Shown here one piece after another: positions 19,703-29,198 of a stretch of DNA of 64,000 nt. The notes under the pieces were generated by a model that was not told the DNA's origin, searched no databases, and saw only the letters and a list, made by a program, of their open reading frames with translations. This DNA is from Deltaproteobacteria bacterium (GTDB lineage: Bacteria; JAGRBM01; JAHCIT01), in contig JAHCIT010000003.1 in the NCBI GenBank assembly GCA_026129095.1, positions 186,001 to 250,000 of the forward strand, in the 5' to 3' direction. The position numbers and the translations under genes are program-made. Each line of letters begins with the position of its first letter. The stretch's first letter is position 1.

Positions 19703-20665
19703 ATGTCGTCATCCAGTTATGTCCGGCATTTTGAGGTTCCCGGCGGTTCTGACGGCCTCAGGCTCGACCGCTTCCTGGCGGATTGCGGTGCGGCTGGTTC
19801 CCGCGAGCGCGTCCGCAGTCTCATCAAGAACGGTTCGGTGACGGTGAACGGCGGACTTGTCTACAAGCCCTCTCACCTGCTCCAGCCGGGGGACGTGACG
19901 TCCATCCAGATCATCGAAGACACTCCCGCCGGTTCCGCGCTGAAACCCGTCGAGGCACCGCTCGATATCAGGTTCGAGGATTCCGAACTGCTCGTCGTGA
20001 ACAAACCGCGGGGGCTTGCCGTGCATCCCGGCGCAGGCACAAAATCTCCGACCCTGGTCCAGATGGTGCTTGCCCATACGGAGCTGTCGCCGGTCGGTGC
20101 GCCCTCGCGCCCGGGTGTGGTTCACCGCATCGACAAGGACACTTCCGGCCTGCTGGTGTTCGCAAAAACCGAACGGGCGCATCATTTTTTCGCATCCCGG
20201 TTTGCCGAACATGCTATTGACCGTATTTACGACGGCGTCGTCTGGGGAGCCGTCGGGCAGGCGAGGGGGACAATCGAAAGCTCTCTGGGACGGCACCCTG
20301 CACACCGGACGCGGTTTGCGTCGGTCAGGCAGGGGGGGCGCCGGGCTGTTACCCACTGGAAGCGGGTGGCTGTCCGGGGGCCGGTGAGCCATCTGCGGTT
20401 CAAGCTGGAAACCGGCCGCACGCACCAGATACGGGTTCATGCGGCCGAATTGGGACATCCGCTCGTTGGAGACCCGGTATATGGCTGGAAACGGCTTCCG
20501 GAAGGGCTTTCCGGACAGTTCCAGCGGGCTGTCCAGGCACTCCGGGGCCAGGCTCTCCACGCCGGTGTGCTAGGATTTACCCACCCCGTGACGGGCGAGG
20601 GACTGAGGTTCGAGACGCCGATGCCGGAAGACATGTTGGAGGTTCTGCAAAGTGCCGGAATCTGA
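19703..20665 (+). CDS. rluD: 23S rRNA pseudouridine synthase RluA/RluD family
   Basis: S4 RLDRFL; NKPRGL.VHP; HRIDKDTSG; ETGRTHQIRVH; GDPVYG; QALHA. Confidence 0.93.
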   Translation: MSSSSYVRHFEVPGGSDGLRLDRFLADCGAAGSRERVRSLIKNGSVTVNGGLVYKPSHLLQPGDVTSIQIIEDTPAGSALKPVEAPLDIRFEDSELLVVNKPRGLAVHPGAGTKSPTLVQMVLAHTELSPVGAPSRPGVVHRIDKDTSGLLVFAKTERAHHFFASRFAEHAIDRIYDGVVWGAVGQARGTIESSLGRHPAHRTRFASVRQGGRRAVTHWKRVAVRGPVSHLRFKLETGRTHQIRVHAAELGHPLVGDPVYGWKRLPEGLSGQFQRAVQALRGQALHAGVLGFTHPVTGEGLRFETPMPEDMLEVLQSAGI

Positions 20666-21476
20666 TCTCACGCGGATCGGTTCATACCGGGTGATCACGG
20701 CTCCCGTTATGGGCCAGGTCAAGGGGCTTGTTCATGGCTTCGGAACCAGGAAACAGGCCGGGACGAAAAGCCGGTCCGTGGCGAACTTTGCCGCTCCGTT
20801 CACGGCGAGCGGCGCCTTCGACACCAAGTCCGCCGTCGCCGATCTGGGCAAGGAACTCGGGTTCGCGGCGAAGAACATCCTTTTCCCAAAACAGGTTCAC
20901 GGGAACCGGGTACTGGTGTTCGATTCGGCGCCACCGGACCCGGAAGAGGTCCGGCAGACAGAGGCCGACGCGATCATCACCAACGTGCCGGGACTGCTCA
21001 TCGGTGTGATGACTGCCGACTGCCTGCCGATACTCATCCATGACCCGAACCGGAAAGTCGTCGCGGCCATTCATGCCGGCTGGCGGGGCACCCTGAATCA
21101 GGTGGCCCGCCGTACGCTTGAGATACTGGTCAAGGATTTCCGCTGCGAGCCGGGCGATCTGGCGGTTGCCCTGGGACCGTCCATCTCCGGGCAGTCGTTC
21201 GAGGTGGACGAGTCGCTGCTGAACCAGTTCCGGCAGACGTTTGAATACTGGAGCCGCTACGCCCGGCCGCAACGGCAGGCCAAGTGGCTGATCGATTTCC
21301 GCATGATTAACGCCCATATGCTTGCGCTGATGGGGCTGGAAGAACGGAACTTCTGGATTTCCACCCACTGTACCTACCTGGAAAAGGACCTGTTCCACAG
21401 CTACCGGCGGGACGGAGAGCAGGCGGGGCGGATGTTCAATTTTATCGGTTTGAAGGCCCAGAAAGGGCGCTCTTGA
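20652..21476 (+). CDS. pgeF: PgeF/YfiH purine nucleoside phosphorylase
   Basis: QVHG, TADCLP, HAGWRG, HSYRR; follows rluD. Confidence 0.92.
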   Translation: MPESDLTRIGSYRVITAPVMGQVKGLVHGFGTRKQAGTKSRSVANFAAPFTASGAFDTKSAVADLGKELGFAAKNILFPKQVHGNRVLVFDSAPPDPEEVRQTEADAIITNVPGLLIGVMTADCLPILIHDPNRKVVAAIHAGWRGTLNQVARRTLEILVKDFRCEPGDLAVALGPSISGQSFEVDESLLNQFRQTFEYWSRYARPQRQAKWLIDFRMINAHMLALMGLEERNFWISTHCTYLEKDLFHSYRRDGEQAGRMFNFIGLKAQKGRS

Positions 21477-21501
21477 CACGGGGCGCCGTAATTTGTAGAT
21501 A
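21473..21501 (+). promoter_or_regulatory. Putative sigma70 promoter of rho
   Basis: TTGACA-N17-TAGATA overlapping the pgeF stop. Confidence 0.5.
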
Positions 21502-21620
21502 TTAGCCCAATAGAGGGCGGACCCCATCCGGGACTTCATGGGGTGTTTGCCGCCACGGCCCATTAACCAATTCCATCACAATCCGGACTTTATCACGAGT
21601 AAGCGTCCGGCCCCGCCTCT

Positions 21621-21700
21621 CAATTAAATACCAAACCAACTCCACAGCCATATCCATCGACCAAGATCAACCAGAACACCAAGCACAACCATTTACCGCC
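21621..21700 (+). promoter_or_regulatory. C-rich/G-poor tract in rho leader (candidate rut site)
   Basis: 30 C versus 6 G in 80 nt (hand count) within an approximately 300-nt leader. Confidence 0.5.
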
Positions 21701-21808
21701 GGACCCGGTCCGGAGTGCGGACAGGAAGCTGGAAAGCCAGCCTGCCCAGCGCCAGCCGGACGGCACGGACTCACCACCAAAAATGACGACTGAAGGACAG
21801 AGAAGGAA

Positions 21809-23257
21809 ATGAACGACGATCGCAGGCCATCCAGGGGAAACCAGCGCGGAGGACACAGCCGGGGACGCAGGCCATCGGGGGATATGCCCGATAACCTTGG
21901 CAACAAGGGGGGCGAAGGAGTCCTGAGCTCACGCCGGCGGGATGCCCCGATTGCTCCACCGGCACCGGATGATCCGGAGATTGCCAGCCCCGAGGAGCGC
22001 AAGAATGTCCTCGATCTGCGCGAGATCAAGTCCAAGAAGCCGCTCGAACTGAACGAGGTTGCCAAGAAACTCGGGGTCGAGGGGTATGCCGGCCTCCGCA
22101 AGCAGGAACTGATCTTCCAGATCCTGCAGAAGCAGGTCGAGCAGGACGGGGTGATCTATTCGGAGGGCGTGCTGGAATGCCTGCCCGACGGCTTCGGGTT
22201 CCTCCGGTCGCCTGATTACAACTACCTGCCGGGGCCCGACGACAACTACGTCTCGCCGTCCCAGATACGCAAGTTCAACCTGCGGACTGGCGACACGATC
22301 ACCGGGCAGATCCGGCCTCCCAAGGATAACGAGCGGTATTTCGCGCTCCTCAAGATCGAAACCGTCAATTTCGATCCGCCCGACAAGGCCTTCGACAAGG
22401 TCCTGTTCGACAACCTGACGCCGCTCTATGCGACGCAGCAGCTCAAGATGGAAACCGGCCCGACCGACATGTCGGGGCGGCTCCTCGACCTCCTGGTTCC
22501 GGTCGGGAAGGGCCAGCGCGGCCTGATCGTCGCGCCGCCCCGGACCGGCAAGACAATGCTGCTCCAGGCCATCGCCAATGCCATTACCAAGAACCACCCG
22601 GAGTGTGTCCTGATCGTGCTGCTGATTGACGAGCGGCCCGAGGAAGTGACCGACATGCAGCGTTCGGTGGCCGGCGAGGTCGTCAGTTCGACCTTCGACG
22701 AACCCGCCCAGCGGCACGTCCAGGTGGCCGAAATGGTCATCGAGAAGGCCAAGCGGCTGGTGGAGCACGGCCGGGACGTGGTGATCCTGCTCGACTCGAT
22801 CACCCGGCTGGCGCGGGCCTACAACACCGTGGTTCCGCCGTCAGGGAAGATCCTCTCCGGCGGTGTCGATTCCAACGCGCTTCACAAGCCCAAACGGTTC
22901 TTCGGAGCGGCCCGGAACATCGAGGAAGGCGGCTCGCTGACCATTATCGCAACGGCGCTGATCGATACCGGCTCCCGGATGGATGAAGTGATCTTCGAGG
23001 AGTTCAAGGGAACGGGCAACATGGAAGTGGTACTCGACCGCAAGCTGGCCGAAAAGCGCATCTTCCCGGCCATCGACCTGAACAAGTCGGGAACCCGGAA
23101 GGAGGAACTGATCCTCCGGCCGGACCTCATCCAGAAGATCTGGATGCTTCGCAAGGTGCTCGCGCCGCTCAATCCGGTCGACGCCATGGAGTTCCTCGTC
23201 GAAAAGCTGGATGGGACCAAGGATAACGACCATTTCATCCAGTCGATGAACCGGTAA
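21809..23257 (+). CDS. rho: Transcription termination factor Rho
   Basis: [58 protein letters not shown]-rich N-terminal extension. Confidence 0.98.
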   Translation: MNDDRRPSRGNQRGGHSRGRRPSGDMPDNLGNKGGEGVLSSRRRDAPIAPPAPDDPEIASPEERKNVLDLREIKSKKPLELNEVAKKLGVEGYAGLRKQELIFQILQKQVEQDGVIYSEGVLECLPDGFGFLRSPDYNYLPGPDDNYVSPSQIRKFNLRTGDTITGQIRPPKDNERYFALLKIETVNFDPPDKAFDKVLFDNLTPLYATQQLKMETGPTDMSGRLLDLLVPVGKGQRGLIVAPPRTGKTMLLQAIANAITKNHPECVLIVLLIDERPEEVTDMQRSVAGEVVSSTFDEPAQRHVQVAEMVIEKAKRLVEHGRDVVILLDSITRLARAYNTVVPPSGKILSGGVDSNALHKPKRFFGAARNIEEGGSLTIIATALIDTGSRMDEVIFEEFKGTGNMEVVLDRKLAEKRIFPAIDLNKSGTRKEELILRPDLIQKIWMLRKVLAPLNPVDAMEFLVEKLDGTKDNDHFIQSMNR

Positions 23258-23261
23258 TATT

Positions 23262-23289
23262 ATTTGACATAATATAAATAGGTCGTAAT
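23262..23289 (-). other. dif-like XerC/XerD recombination site
   Basis: Minus strand ATTACGACCTA-TTTATA-TTATGTCAAAT: 11-6-11, XerD arm 10/11 identical to TTATGTTAAAT; isolated AT-rich island between convergent genes. Confidence 0.55.
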
Positions 23290-23315
23290 TTATATGCCAG
23301 CTAGAATGCAGGCCC

Positions 23316-24662
23316 TTACGGCCGTTTTGAGCTGATTTCGTCCAGTATCCCGGCAAACCGCCGGGTCAGATCAACCCGCGAAAACCGGGCGTGAATATCC
23401 ATCACCACCGAGGCCGGCTGGCGGGTTCCTCCCGTCCGGAAGGCGGCATGGAGTTCGTCCAGCGCCTCATCCACCGCCCGGTCCACGTCCGCGTTCCCCG
23501 GCTCGCCGATAACGAACTTGGTCATCCCGAGTTCGCGCAGAAGATCCGTCGTTGCTCCGTCCCGGCCTACGTAAAATACAGGCCGTCCGGCCGCCAGGTA
23601 TTCAAACAGCTTCCCCGGATAGACGGACCGGGAAACATCCCGGCTCATCATGGGGAGCAGCAAGGCCGCCGATGTCCGCATCTTGCGCACAGTCTCCGCA
23701 TGCGGGAGGTAGCCAAGATCGCGGAACATCGCTTCGACCCCGGCTGCCTTTGCGGCCGCCGCCAGTGCCGGTCCTTCGCTCCCGGCGTATTCAATCCGGA
23801 CCTTCTCGTCCGGGTGGCGCTTATGGAAGCGGTCGAGGGCGGGAAACAGCCGTTCCAGCCGCTGTCCGCCCAGCGTCGTGCCTCCATAAAACAGCACGAA
23901 ATCCTTCTCCACTTCGACGGTGCCCGTGAATCCCTCCGGATCGAAACCATTGGTGACCGTATGGGTCTTGCGGGCATCCACTTTTCGACGCGAAACGTAG
24001 TCCTGCTGCGTCTGCGGATTGGTAAAGACAAGGGCATCCGCCCGGTCCAGGACTCCACGTTCCAGGCGTTCCTCGATCCTGTATTGCCAGCCATTCCCAT
24101 GCGGATTGCACGGCATCAGCGTCCAGCCGTCCCTGAAATCGGCCAGCCAGGGCAGCCCGGTTTCCAGTGCGAGCCGCCGGGCGATGAGGTGCGCCGTCCA
24201 GGGCGGACCGCTGGAAACGATCGCGTTGAACCGGCTGCGGGCGAGCATCCCCCGGCCCCGCTTCACGGCGAACGGATACCATCCGATGAATTCGTCCGGC
24301 GTCTGCCAGAGCGCCCTGACGCGCGATACGATCCGGTCCCGGAGGGTCTGCGGAGCGGCCCCGTAGCCATCTGAAGGCAGCGTGGCCACGGTTCCCGGCA
24401 GTCTCCTGCGCCCGAACAGTTTTTCCTTGATTCCGGCGGCCGTGATGTACCGGGTCCGTTCGACCGTCACATCCGGCGGGATCCGCGACAGTCCGCTGTC
24501 ATCGGCACTGGTCCACCGGCCTCCGTCCACGGTCAGAACGGCGGGTTTCCATCCGAAGCGCGGCAACAGACGCGTCGTCTGGAGCACCCTCTGGACGCCG
24601 CCACCGCCCAGCGGCGGGTAGAAATAGGAAATGAAAAGGAGGTTTTTCGCTGCTGCGCTCAA
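23316..24662 (-). CDS. Glycosyltransferase family 4
   Basis: YFYPPLGGGGVQR, SGPP, ADFRDGW, TNGFD, PGKLFEYLAAGRP; TTG start overlapping upstream stop. Confidence 0.9.
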   Translation of the reverse strand: MSAAAKNLLFISYFYPPLGGGGVQRVLQTTRLLPRFGWKPAVLTVDGGRWTSADDSGLSRIPPDVTVERTRYITAAGIKEKLFGRRRLPGTVATLPSDGYGAAPQTLRDRIVSRVRALWQTPDEFIGWYPFAVKRGRGMLARSRFNAIVSSGPPWTAHLIARRLALETGLPWLADFRDGWTLMPCNPHGNGWQYRIEERLERGVLDRADALVFTNPQTQQDYVSRRKVDARKTHTVTNGFDPEGFTGTVEVEKDFVLFYGGTTLGGQRLERLFPALDRFHKRHPDEKVRIEYAGSEGPALAAAAKAAGVEAMFRDLGYLPHAETVRKMRTSAALLLPMMSRDVSRSVYPGKLFEYLAAGRPVFYVGRDGATTDLLRELGMTKFVIGEPGNADVDRAVDEALDELHAAFRTGGTRQPASVVMDIHARFSRVDLTRRFAGILDEISSKRP

Positions 24663-25132
24663 CTTTTCTTGGTGTTCGCGGCAATCTCTTTCAGATGCTT
24701 GATCGTCAGCATCCAGGCTTCCAGGAACTCGACGGCGATCCCGCCGAGCCACACGTTCACAAACGCCGTCACGGCCCCCAGTAGCACCATGCCAACCCGG
24801 AACTCAATCCCGACGCCCTTGGCGGCAATGACAGCCAGCACTATTCCACCGGCGAATGTGATGATTCCCACCAGCGCGACGAGGACAATGCCGATCTCCC
24901 AGATGTAGTTCAGCATGGGCAGTTCGATTTCTTCGTCGCCATCCTGCTTGTGGAAGCCACGCTCCCCGATCCGCTTCAGGATCTGGATTGCCTCCTTGTA
25001 GACATCGAACGGAACGACAAAGAAGTTCATCAGCAAACGGAAGAATCCGACAATCATGGGCTGGCCCCTCCAGGCGGCGTATGACCCTAGGGTAACAGAT
25101 ACCGACAGGGGCACAAACAGGAGATTCGTCAT
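24659..25132 (-). CDS. Hypothetical membrane protein
   Basis: 3-4 hydrophobic segments; coupled to GT4 by TTGA overlap. Confidence 0.65.
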   Translation of the reverse strand: MTNLLFVPLSVSVTLGSYAAWRGQPMIVGFFRLLMNFFVVPFDVYKEAIQILKRIGERGFHKQDGDEEIELPMLNYIWEIGIVLVALVGIITFAGGIVLAVIAAKGVGIEFRVGMVLLGAVTAFVNVWLGGIAVEFLEAWMLTIKHLKEIAANTKKS

Positions 25133-25175
25133 AAAGCGGAAAAGAAGGTGCGCCCCTGCCCGCCGGGGCTACTGG

Positions 25176-26789
25176 CTAGGGGTAGAGGATCGTCGGCCGG
25201 CCAAATGCCTCGTCGTTCCGGTCCGGGTAGTCGAGCGTGGAATGCAGGCCGCGGGACTCCTTGCGGGCCCGTGCGCTCTGGATGATCAGCATGGCCACCC
25301 GGGACAGGTTGCGGAGTTCCAGCAGGTCGGGCGTCACCTTGAAGTCCCAGTAGAAGCCGTTGATCTCCCCGATCAGGTTGTCGGCCCGTCGGCGCGCGCG
25401 TTCCAGACGCCGGTTCGTCCGGACAATACCCACATAGTCCCACATGAACCGCCGGACTTCGTTCCAGTTATGCGTCACGACGACCAGTTCGTCCGGTTCC
25501 GTGGCCCGGCCTGGATCCCAGGGTGGAATCGTTCGCTCCGGAAGCTGAAAGTCCGAACCCGGCCCGTAGGTTAAGGCCGCATGCTCGGATGCCCAGTGTG
25601 CGAAAACCGCGCATTCCAGCAGTGAATTGCTGGCCAGCCGGTTGGCTCCGTGCAGTCCCGTGTAGGCGGCCTCGCCGATTGCATAGAGCCCCGCCACGTC
25701 AGTTTCGCCGGTCATGCCGGTCATGATTCCGCCGCAGGTGTAATGCGCGGCCGGAACGACCGGTACAGGGGCCACGGCCATGTCGATGCCATAGAGCAGG
25801 CACCGCTCGTAGATGTTGGGAAATCGTTCCTTGAGCCACTCCGCGGACTTGTGGGTGATGTCGAGATAAACGCAGTCATCGCCCGTGCGTTTCATCTCCC
25901 GGTCAATCGCCTGGCTCACCACGTCGCGGGGCGCGAGATCTTTCATGGGATGATAACGCTCCATGAACGGCGTCCCGTCCGCAAGCCGCAGGATGGCGCC
26001 CTCGCCGCGCAACGCCTCGCTCACGAGGAAGCTCTTGGCCTTGGGGTGATACAGGCAGGTCGGGTGGAACTGCATGAACTCCATGTTCGCCACGCGGCAC
26101 CCGGCGCGCCAGGCCATGGCGATGCCGTCACCGGTGGCCGTGTCAGGGTTCGACGTATAGACATACACCTTCCCCGCGCCGCCGGTTCCAATCGCCGTCG
26201 TGCGGGAAAGGAACGTATCTACCTCTCCCGTGGCATCGTTCAGGACATAGGAGCCGTAGCAGATGCTCCGGCTTCCCGATCGCCGCCCCTGACGGCGGTC
26301 CAGCCGCTGGCTGGTGATGAGATCGACACCAAAATGGTTCTCGAAAATCCGGATGTTGGGATTTTCCTTCAGCCGGGCCATGAGGGCCATCTGGATGGCA
26401 TGGCCGGTCATGTCGGTCGCGTGGAGCACCCGGCGGCGGGAGTGCCCGCCCTCCCGGCCGAGGTCGAACTCGTCGCGGTCGCTGCGGCTGAACTGGACGC
26501 CCCAATCGATCAGTTCCTGCACCCGTGCCGGCCCGGCACACACTACCCTCTCCACGACTTTCGGATCGGAAAGCCCTGCCCCGGCAGCCAGCGTGTCGGC
26601 AATGTGGCTCTCGAAGGAGTCGGTTTCCGACCACACACTGGCGATGCCCCCCTGGGCCCAGTCGGTTGCGGCCTGGTCCAGGGTGCGTTTGGTAACGAGG
26701 TGAACGGTCCCGGTGCGTGCCGCCTTGAGGGCGAACACCATGCCTGCCAGTCCGCTCCCCAGCACCAGATAGTCGGAACGGTATTCCAA
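25176..26789 (-). CDS. nadB: L-aspartate oxidase
   Basis: GSGLAG, WAQGGIA, REGGHS..R, QFHPT, SEALRGEG, LAPRD, AHYTCGG, GLHGANRLASNSLLE. Confidence 0.96.
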   Translation of the reverse strand: MEYRSDYLVLGSGLAGMVFALKAARTGTVHLVTKRTLDQAATDWAQGGIASVWSETDSFESHIADTLAAGAGLSDPKVVERVVCAGPARVQELIDWGVQFSRSDRDEFDLGREGGHSRRRVLHATDMTGHAIQMALMARLKENPNIRIFENHFGVDLITSQRLDRRQGRRSGSRSICYGSYVLNDATGEVDTFLSRTTAIGTGGAGKVYVYTSNPDTATGDGIAMAWRAGCRVANMEFMQFHPTCLYHPKAKSFLVSEALRGEGAILRLADGTPFMERYHPMKDLAPRDVVSQAIDREMKRTGDDCVYLDITHKSAEWLKERFPNIYERCLLYGIDMAVAPVPVVPAAHYTCGGIMTGMTGETDVAGLYAIGEAAYTGLHGANRLASNSLLECAVFAHWASEHAALTYGPGSDFQLPERTIPPWDPGRATEPDELVVVTHNWNEVRRFMWDYVGIVRTNRRLERARRRADNLIGEINGFYWDFKVTPDLLELRNLSRVAMLIIQSARARKESRGLHSTLDYPDRNDEAFGRPTILYP

Positions 26790-26838
26790 GCTGGGACTCC
26801 TGGGCCGGTGGCGGGGTGTCGTCTCCCGGCGGGAAGCG

Positions 26839-28014
26839 TTATGCCGCGTCCGCCCCCGCCTCGGCAAAGAGCTGTTCCATGACAGCCGGCGAACAGGGCC
26901 GGGGATTGGATACGTGGCAGACGTCCATCATGGCCTGCGAGGCGAGCCGCTTCAGGTCGGTGGCCCTGGCTCCCTTCCCTTCGCGGATAAGGCCCGGCAG
27001 CCCGGTTGCGATCCGGAGCCTTTCGACGAGATCGACACTTTCCTTCGCCAGTTCCGCGTCGGACTTCTTCCGGTCGGCGCCGAGCGCGATGGCGATCTGG
27101 GCGTATTTCGCGGGTGCGGATTCAAGGTTGTATTTCATCACCGGCACCAGCATGAGCGCATTGGCGAAGCCGTGGGCGAAGCCGAACTCGGTCGAGAGCT
27201 GGTGGGCAAGCGCGTGGACCGCGCCGAGGTTGTTCTGCGAGAATGCGATGCCAGCGATCATCGAGGCATACATCATGTCGTGCCGGGCGCGGGCGTTTGT
27301 GGGCTCCTTGACGGCCGTGACGAGACTCTTGCCGATCAGCTGGATGGCTTCGAGCGCCAGCGCACCCCCGAACGGCGAATCCATCTTCGATACGTAGGCC
27401 TCGATCGCATGGGTCAGCGCGTCCATGCCGGTGGAGGCCGTCTGGAAGGGCGGCAGTCCGTGGGTGAGCTTGGGGTCATCGAGTGCCAGTGTTGGCACCA
27501 CGAACGGGCTCACGATGGTCTTTTTTACATGCGTCTTGTCGTCGGTGATGATGGCGCCGACCGAAACTTCCGAGCCGGTACCTGATGTCGTGGCCAGGCA
27601 GATGAGCGGCGGCTGGTCGGCCGTGATCTTGGCGAGTCCGCCCTTCCCCAGTTCATAGTCCATGATGTCGCCGGGGTGCTTGGCCATGATTCGCACGCTC
27701 TTGGCCACGTCCATGACCGATCCGCCGCCAACAGCCACGACGCCATCGCATCCGGCCGACTTGTAGATCTGTTCGGCGGCACGGACCTGGTCGGCCGTCG
27801 GGTTGGGCAGCACGCCCAGGAACTTCTCCACCTTGAGGCCCACTTTTTCCAGCGACTCGCAGATAGGGCCCAGCACGCCCACGCTCTCGACGCCCTTGTC
27901 GGAAACAACAAGGACGCGGGTGATCCCCATCTTCTTTGCTTCGGAGCCGACCGTCGTCGAAACGCCGTCACCAATGATGATCCTGGAGGGAAGTGTGTGA
28001 TTAAAACGAGCCAT
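26839..28014 (-). CDS. Iron-containing alcohol dehydrogenase
   Basis: GGGSVMD, TTSGTGSE, DALTHAIE, HALAH, HGFAN. Confidence 0.93.
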   Translation of the reverse strand: MARFNHTLPSRIIIGDGVSTTVGSEAKKMGITRVLVVSDKGVESVGVLGPICESLEKVGLKVEKFLGVLPNPTADQVRAAEQIYKSAGCDGVVAVGGGSVMDVAKSVRIMAKHPGDIMDYELGKGGLAKITADQPPLICLATTSGTGSEVSVGAIITDDKTHVKKTIVSPFVVPTLALDDPKLTHGLPPFQTASTGMDALTHAIEAYVSKMDSPFGGALALEAIQLIGKSLVTAVKEPTNARARHDMMYASMIAGIAFSQNNLGAVHALAHQLSTEFGFAHGFANALMLVPVMKYNLESAPAKYAQIAIALGADRKKSDAELAKESVDLVERLRIATGLPGLIREGKGARATDLKRLASQAMMDVCHVSNPRPCSPAVMEQLFAEAGADAA

Positions 28015-28153
28015 GTCCCGGTTACCTGTCCCTTGGAAGCCGTCAGTCGCCGGTTTAGTAGCACGTCCGTACGATTTGTCGATGGGGCGGTCAATTTCGC
28101 GGCGGCTCACACCGTCTCGCCACACCCGCCGGTTTCCGGCTAGGATTCCGCCC

Positions 28154-28708
28154 ATGAAAACGCCTCACCCGCTCTCAGCCCTGGTCCTTCTGCCACTGGT
28201 TCTGGTGGCTGCTTTCGTCGCCGGTTGCCACAAGCCCGGTCCGGAAAAATTCCTGACCATCGCCGTATCGGCCGATATTCGCGCCGACTTCGAGCCACTC
28301 CTGAAAACTCCCCATGCCCTTGGTGGATATGGGGCTGTCGTGGTCTCCGGTCCCGCCGCGTCGATACCTCGCCGTATCCGTGATGAGGGGTTCTCGCCCG
28401 ACATGGTCCTGACCTCGGACGCGTCGGGACTTCTCCAGGTCGCAGGTACCCAGCTGGTCGAAAAGGCGGTTCCGGTAGCCCGTCGTGGCGACACGACGAT
28501 TGCCCTGGCCTTCCTCCGCAGGTCGTCCAGGCGCGAGGGATACGCCCGGGTGATGGATTTTCTTCGCGGTGCCGAGGCGGCCGCCCGGATGCAGATGGCC
28601 GGTTACGAACCAGTTGGCCCTGCCGGTGAAACGGTCGTGAGTGACGACGGCCGGGAAATACGGAAGCCCCCGCCCGGCACACAGATCGGCCGCGGGTCCG
28701 GTTATTGA
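28154..28708 (+). CDS. Lipoprotein with truncated ModA-like substrate-binding fold
   Basis: Lipobox VAGC; SGPAASIPRRI..FSPDMVLTSD and FLRG.EA...GY resemble ModA N- and C-terminal segments. Confidence 0.55.
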   Translation: MKTPHPLSALVLLPLVLVAAFVAGCHKPGPEKFLTIAVSADIRADFEPLLKTPHALGGYGAVVVSGPAASIPRRIRDEGFSPDMVLTSDASGLLQVAGTQLVEKAVPVARRGDTTIALAFLRRSSRREGYARVMDFLRGAEAAARMQMAGYEPVGPAGETVVSDDGREIRKPPPGTQIGRGSGY

Positions 28709-29136
28709 ACGGGGCCCTGGACCGCGTTCACCATGGCTGACACAAGCGGATGCCAGATGTCCGGGTTTTCCTTGAGCGTGATCCGGTCCAGAAACAGTCC
28801 CGATATCCGTTCGGCGGCGCGGCCATTCAGCGGGTACGGACTGTCCATCGCCAGAAGGCTCGCCCCGATGACGACGGGCCGGTTCAGCGGTTCCCGTGCG
28901 CTGACAGTCCAGGCGGAAACCGGCTTTCCGAGCGGATCGCCGCCGTCGGTCAGGAACAGTTCGATAGTCCCTCCCGTGAACAGGAAAATCCCGTATGGCT
29001 GATGCCCCTCATAAAAAAGAAACTGCCCCGCCCCGTAATTCACGGGCGTCGCCACCGGCGCAATCCGCTCAACCTCCTGCCCGGTTCCGTAGCGGATCAG
29101 AAGCTCCACGGGTGAATGCTGGGTGCCAAGTCTCAT
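28702..29136 (-). CDS. Stand-alone cNMP-binding (Crp-type) domain protein, no HTH
   Basis: YGAGQFLFYEGHQPYGIFLFTGGTIEL, YPLNGRA; ATG 29136 preferred since track start 29187 lies in the FNR box. Confidence 0.7.
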   Translation of the reverse strand: MRLGTQHSPVELLIRYGTGQEVERIAPVATPVNYGAGQFLFYEGHQPYGIFLFTGGTIELFLTDGGDPLGKPVSAWTVSAREPLNRPVVIGASLLAMDSPYPLNGRAAERISGLFLDRITLKENPDIWHPLVSAMVNAVQGPVQ

Positions 29137-29145
29137 CGCAGGCCC

Positions 29146-29187
29146 AGTTAACCACAGGAACAGGAAACTGACGTTGATCTGGATCAA
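29146..29187 (-). promoter_or_regulatory. Perfect FNR box plus -10 element (class II promoter)
   Basis: TTGAT-CTGG-ATCAA at 29174-29187; TTAACT -10 at 29151-29146 puts the box centre at about -41.5. Confidence 0.75.
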
Positions 29188-29198
29188 TCCGGAGAAAA

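Noticed and set aside
23264-23291. Antisense sigma70 promoter (TTGACA-N16-TAATTT) after rho
   Set aside because: No downstream gene on that strand; the TTGACA is part of the XerD-like arm
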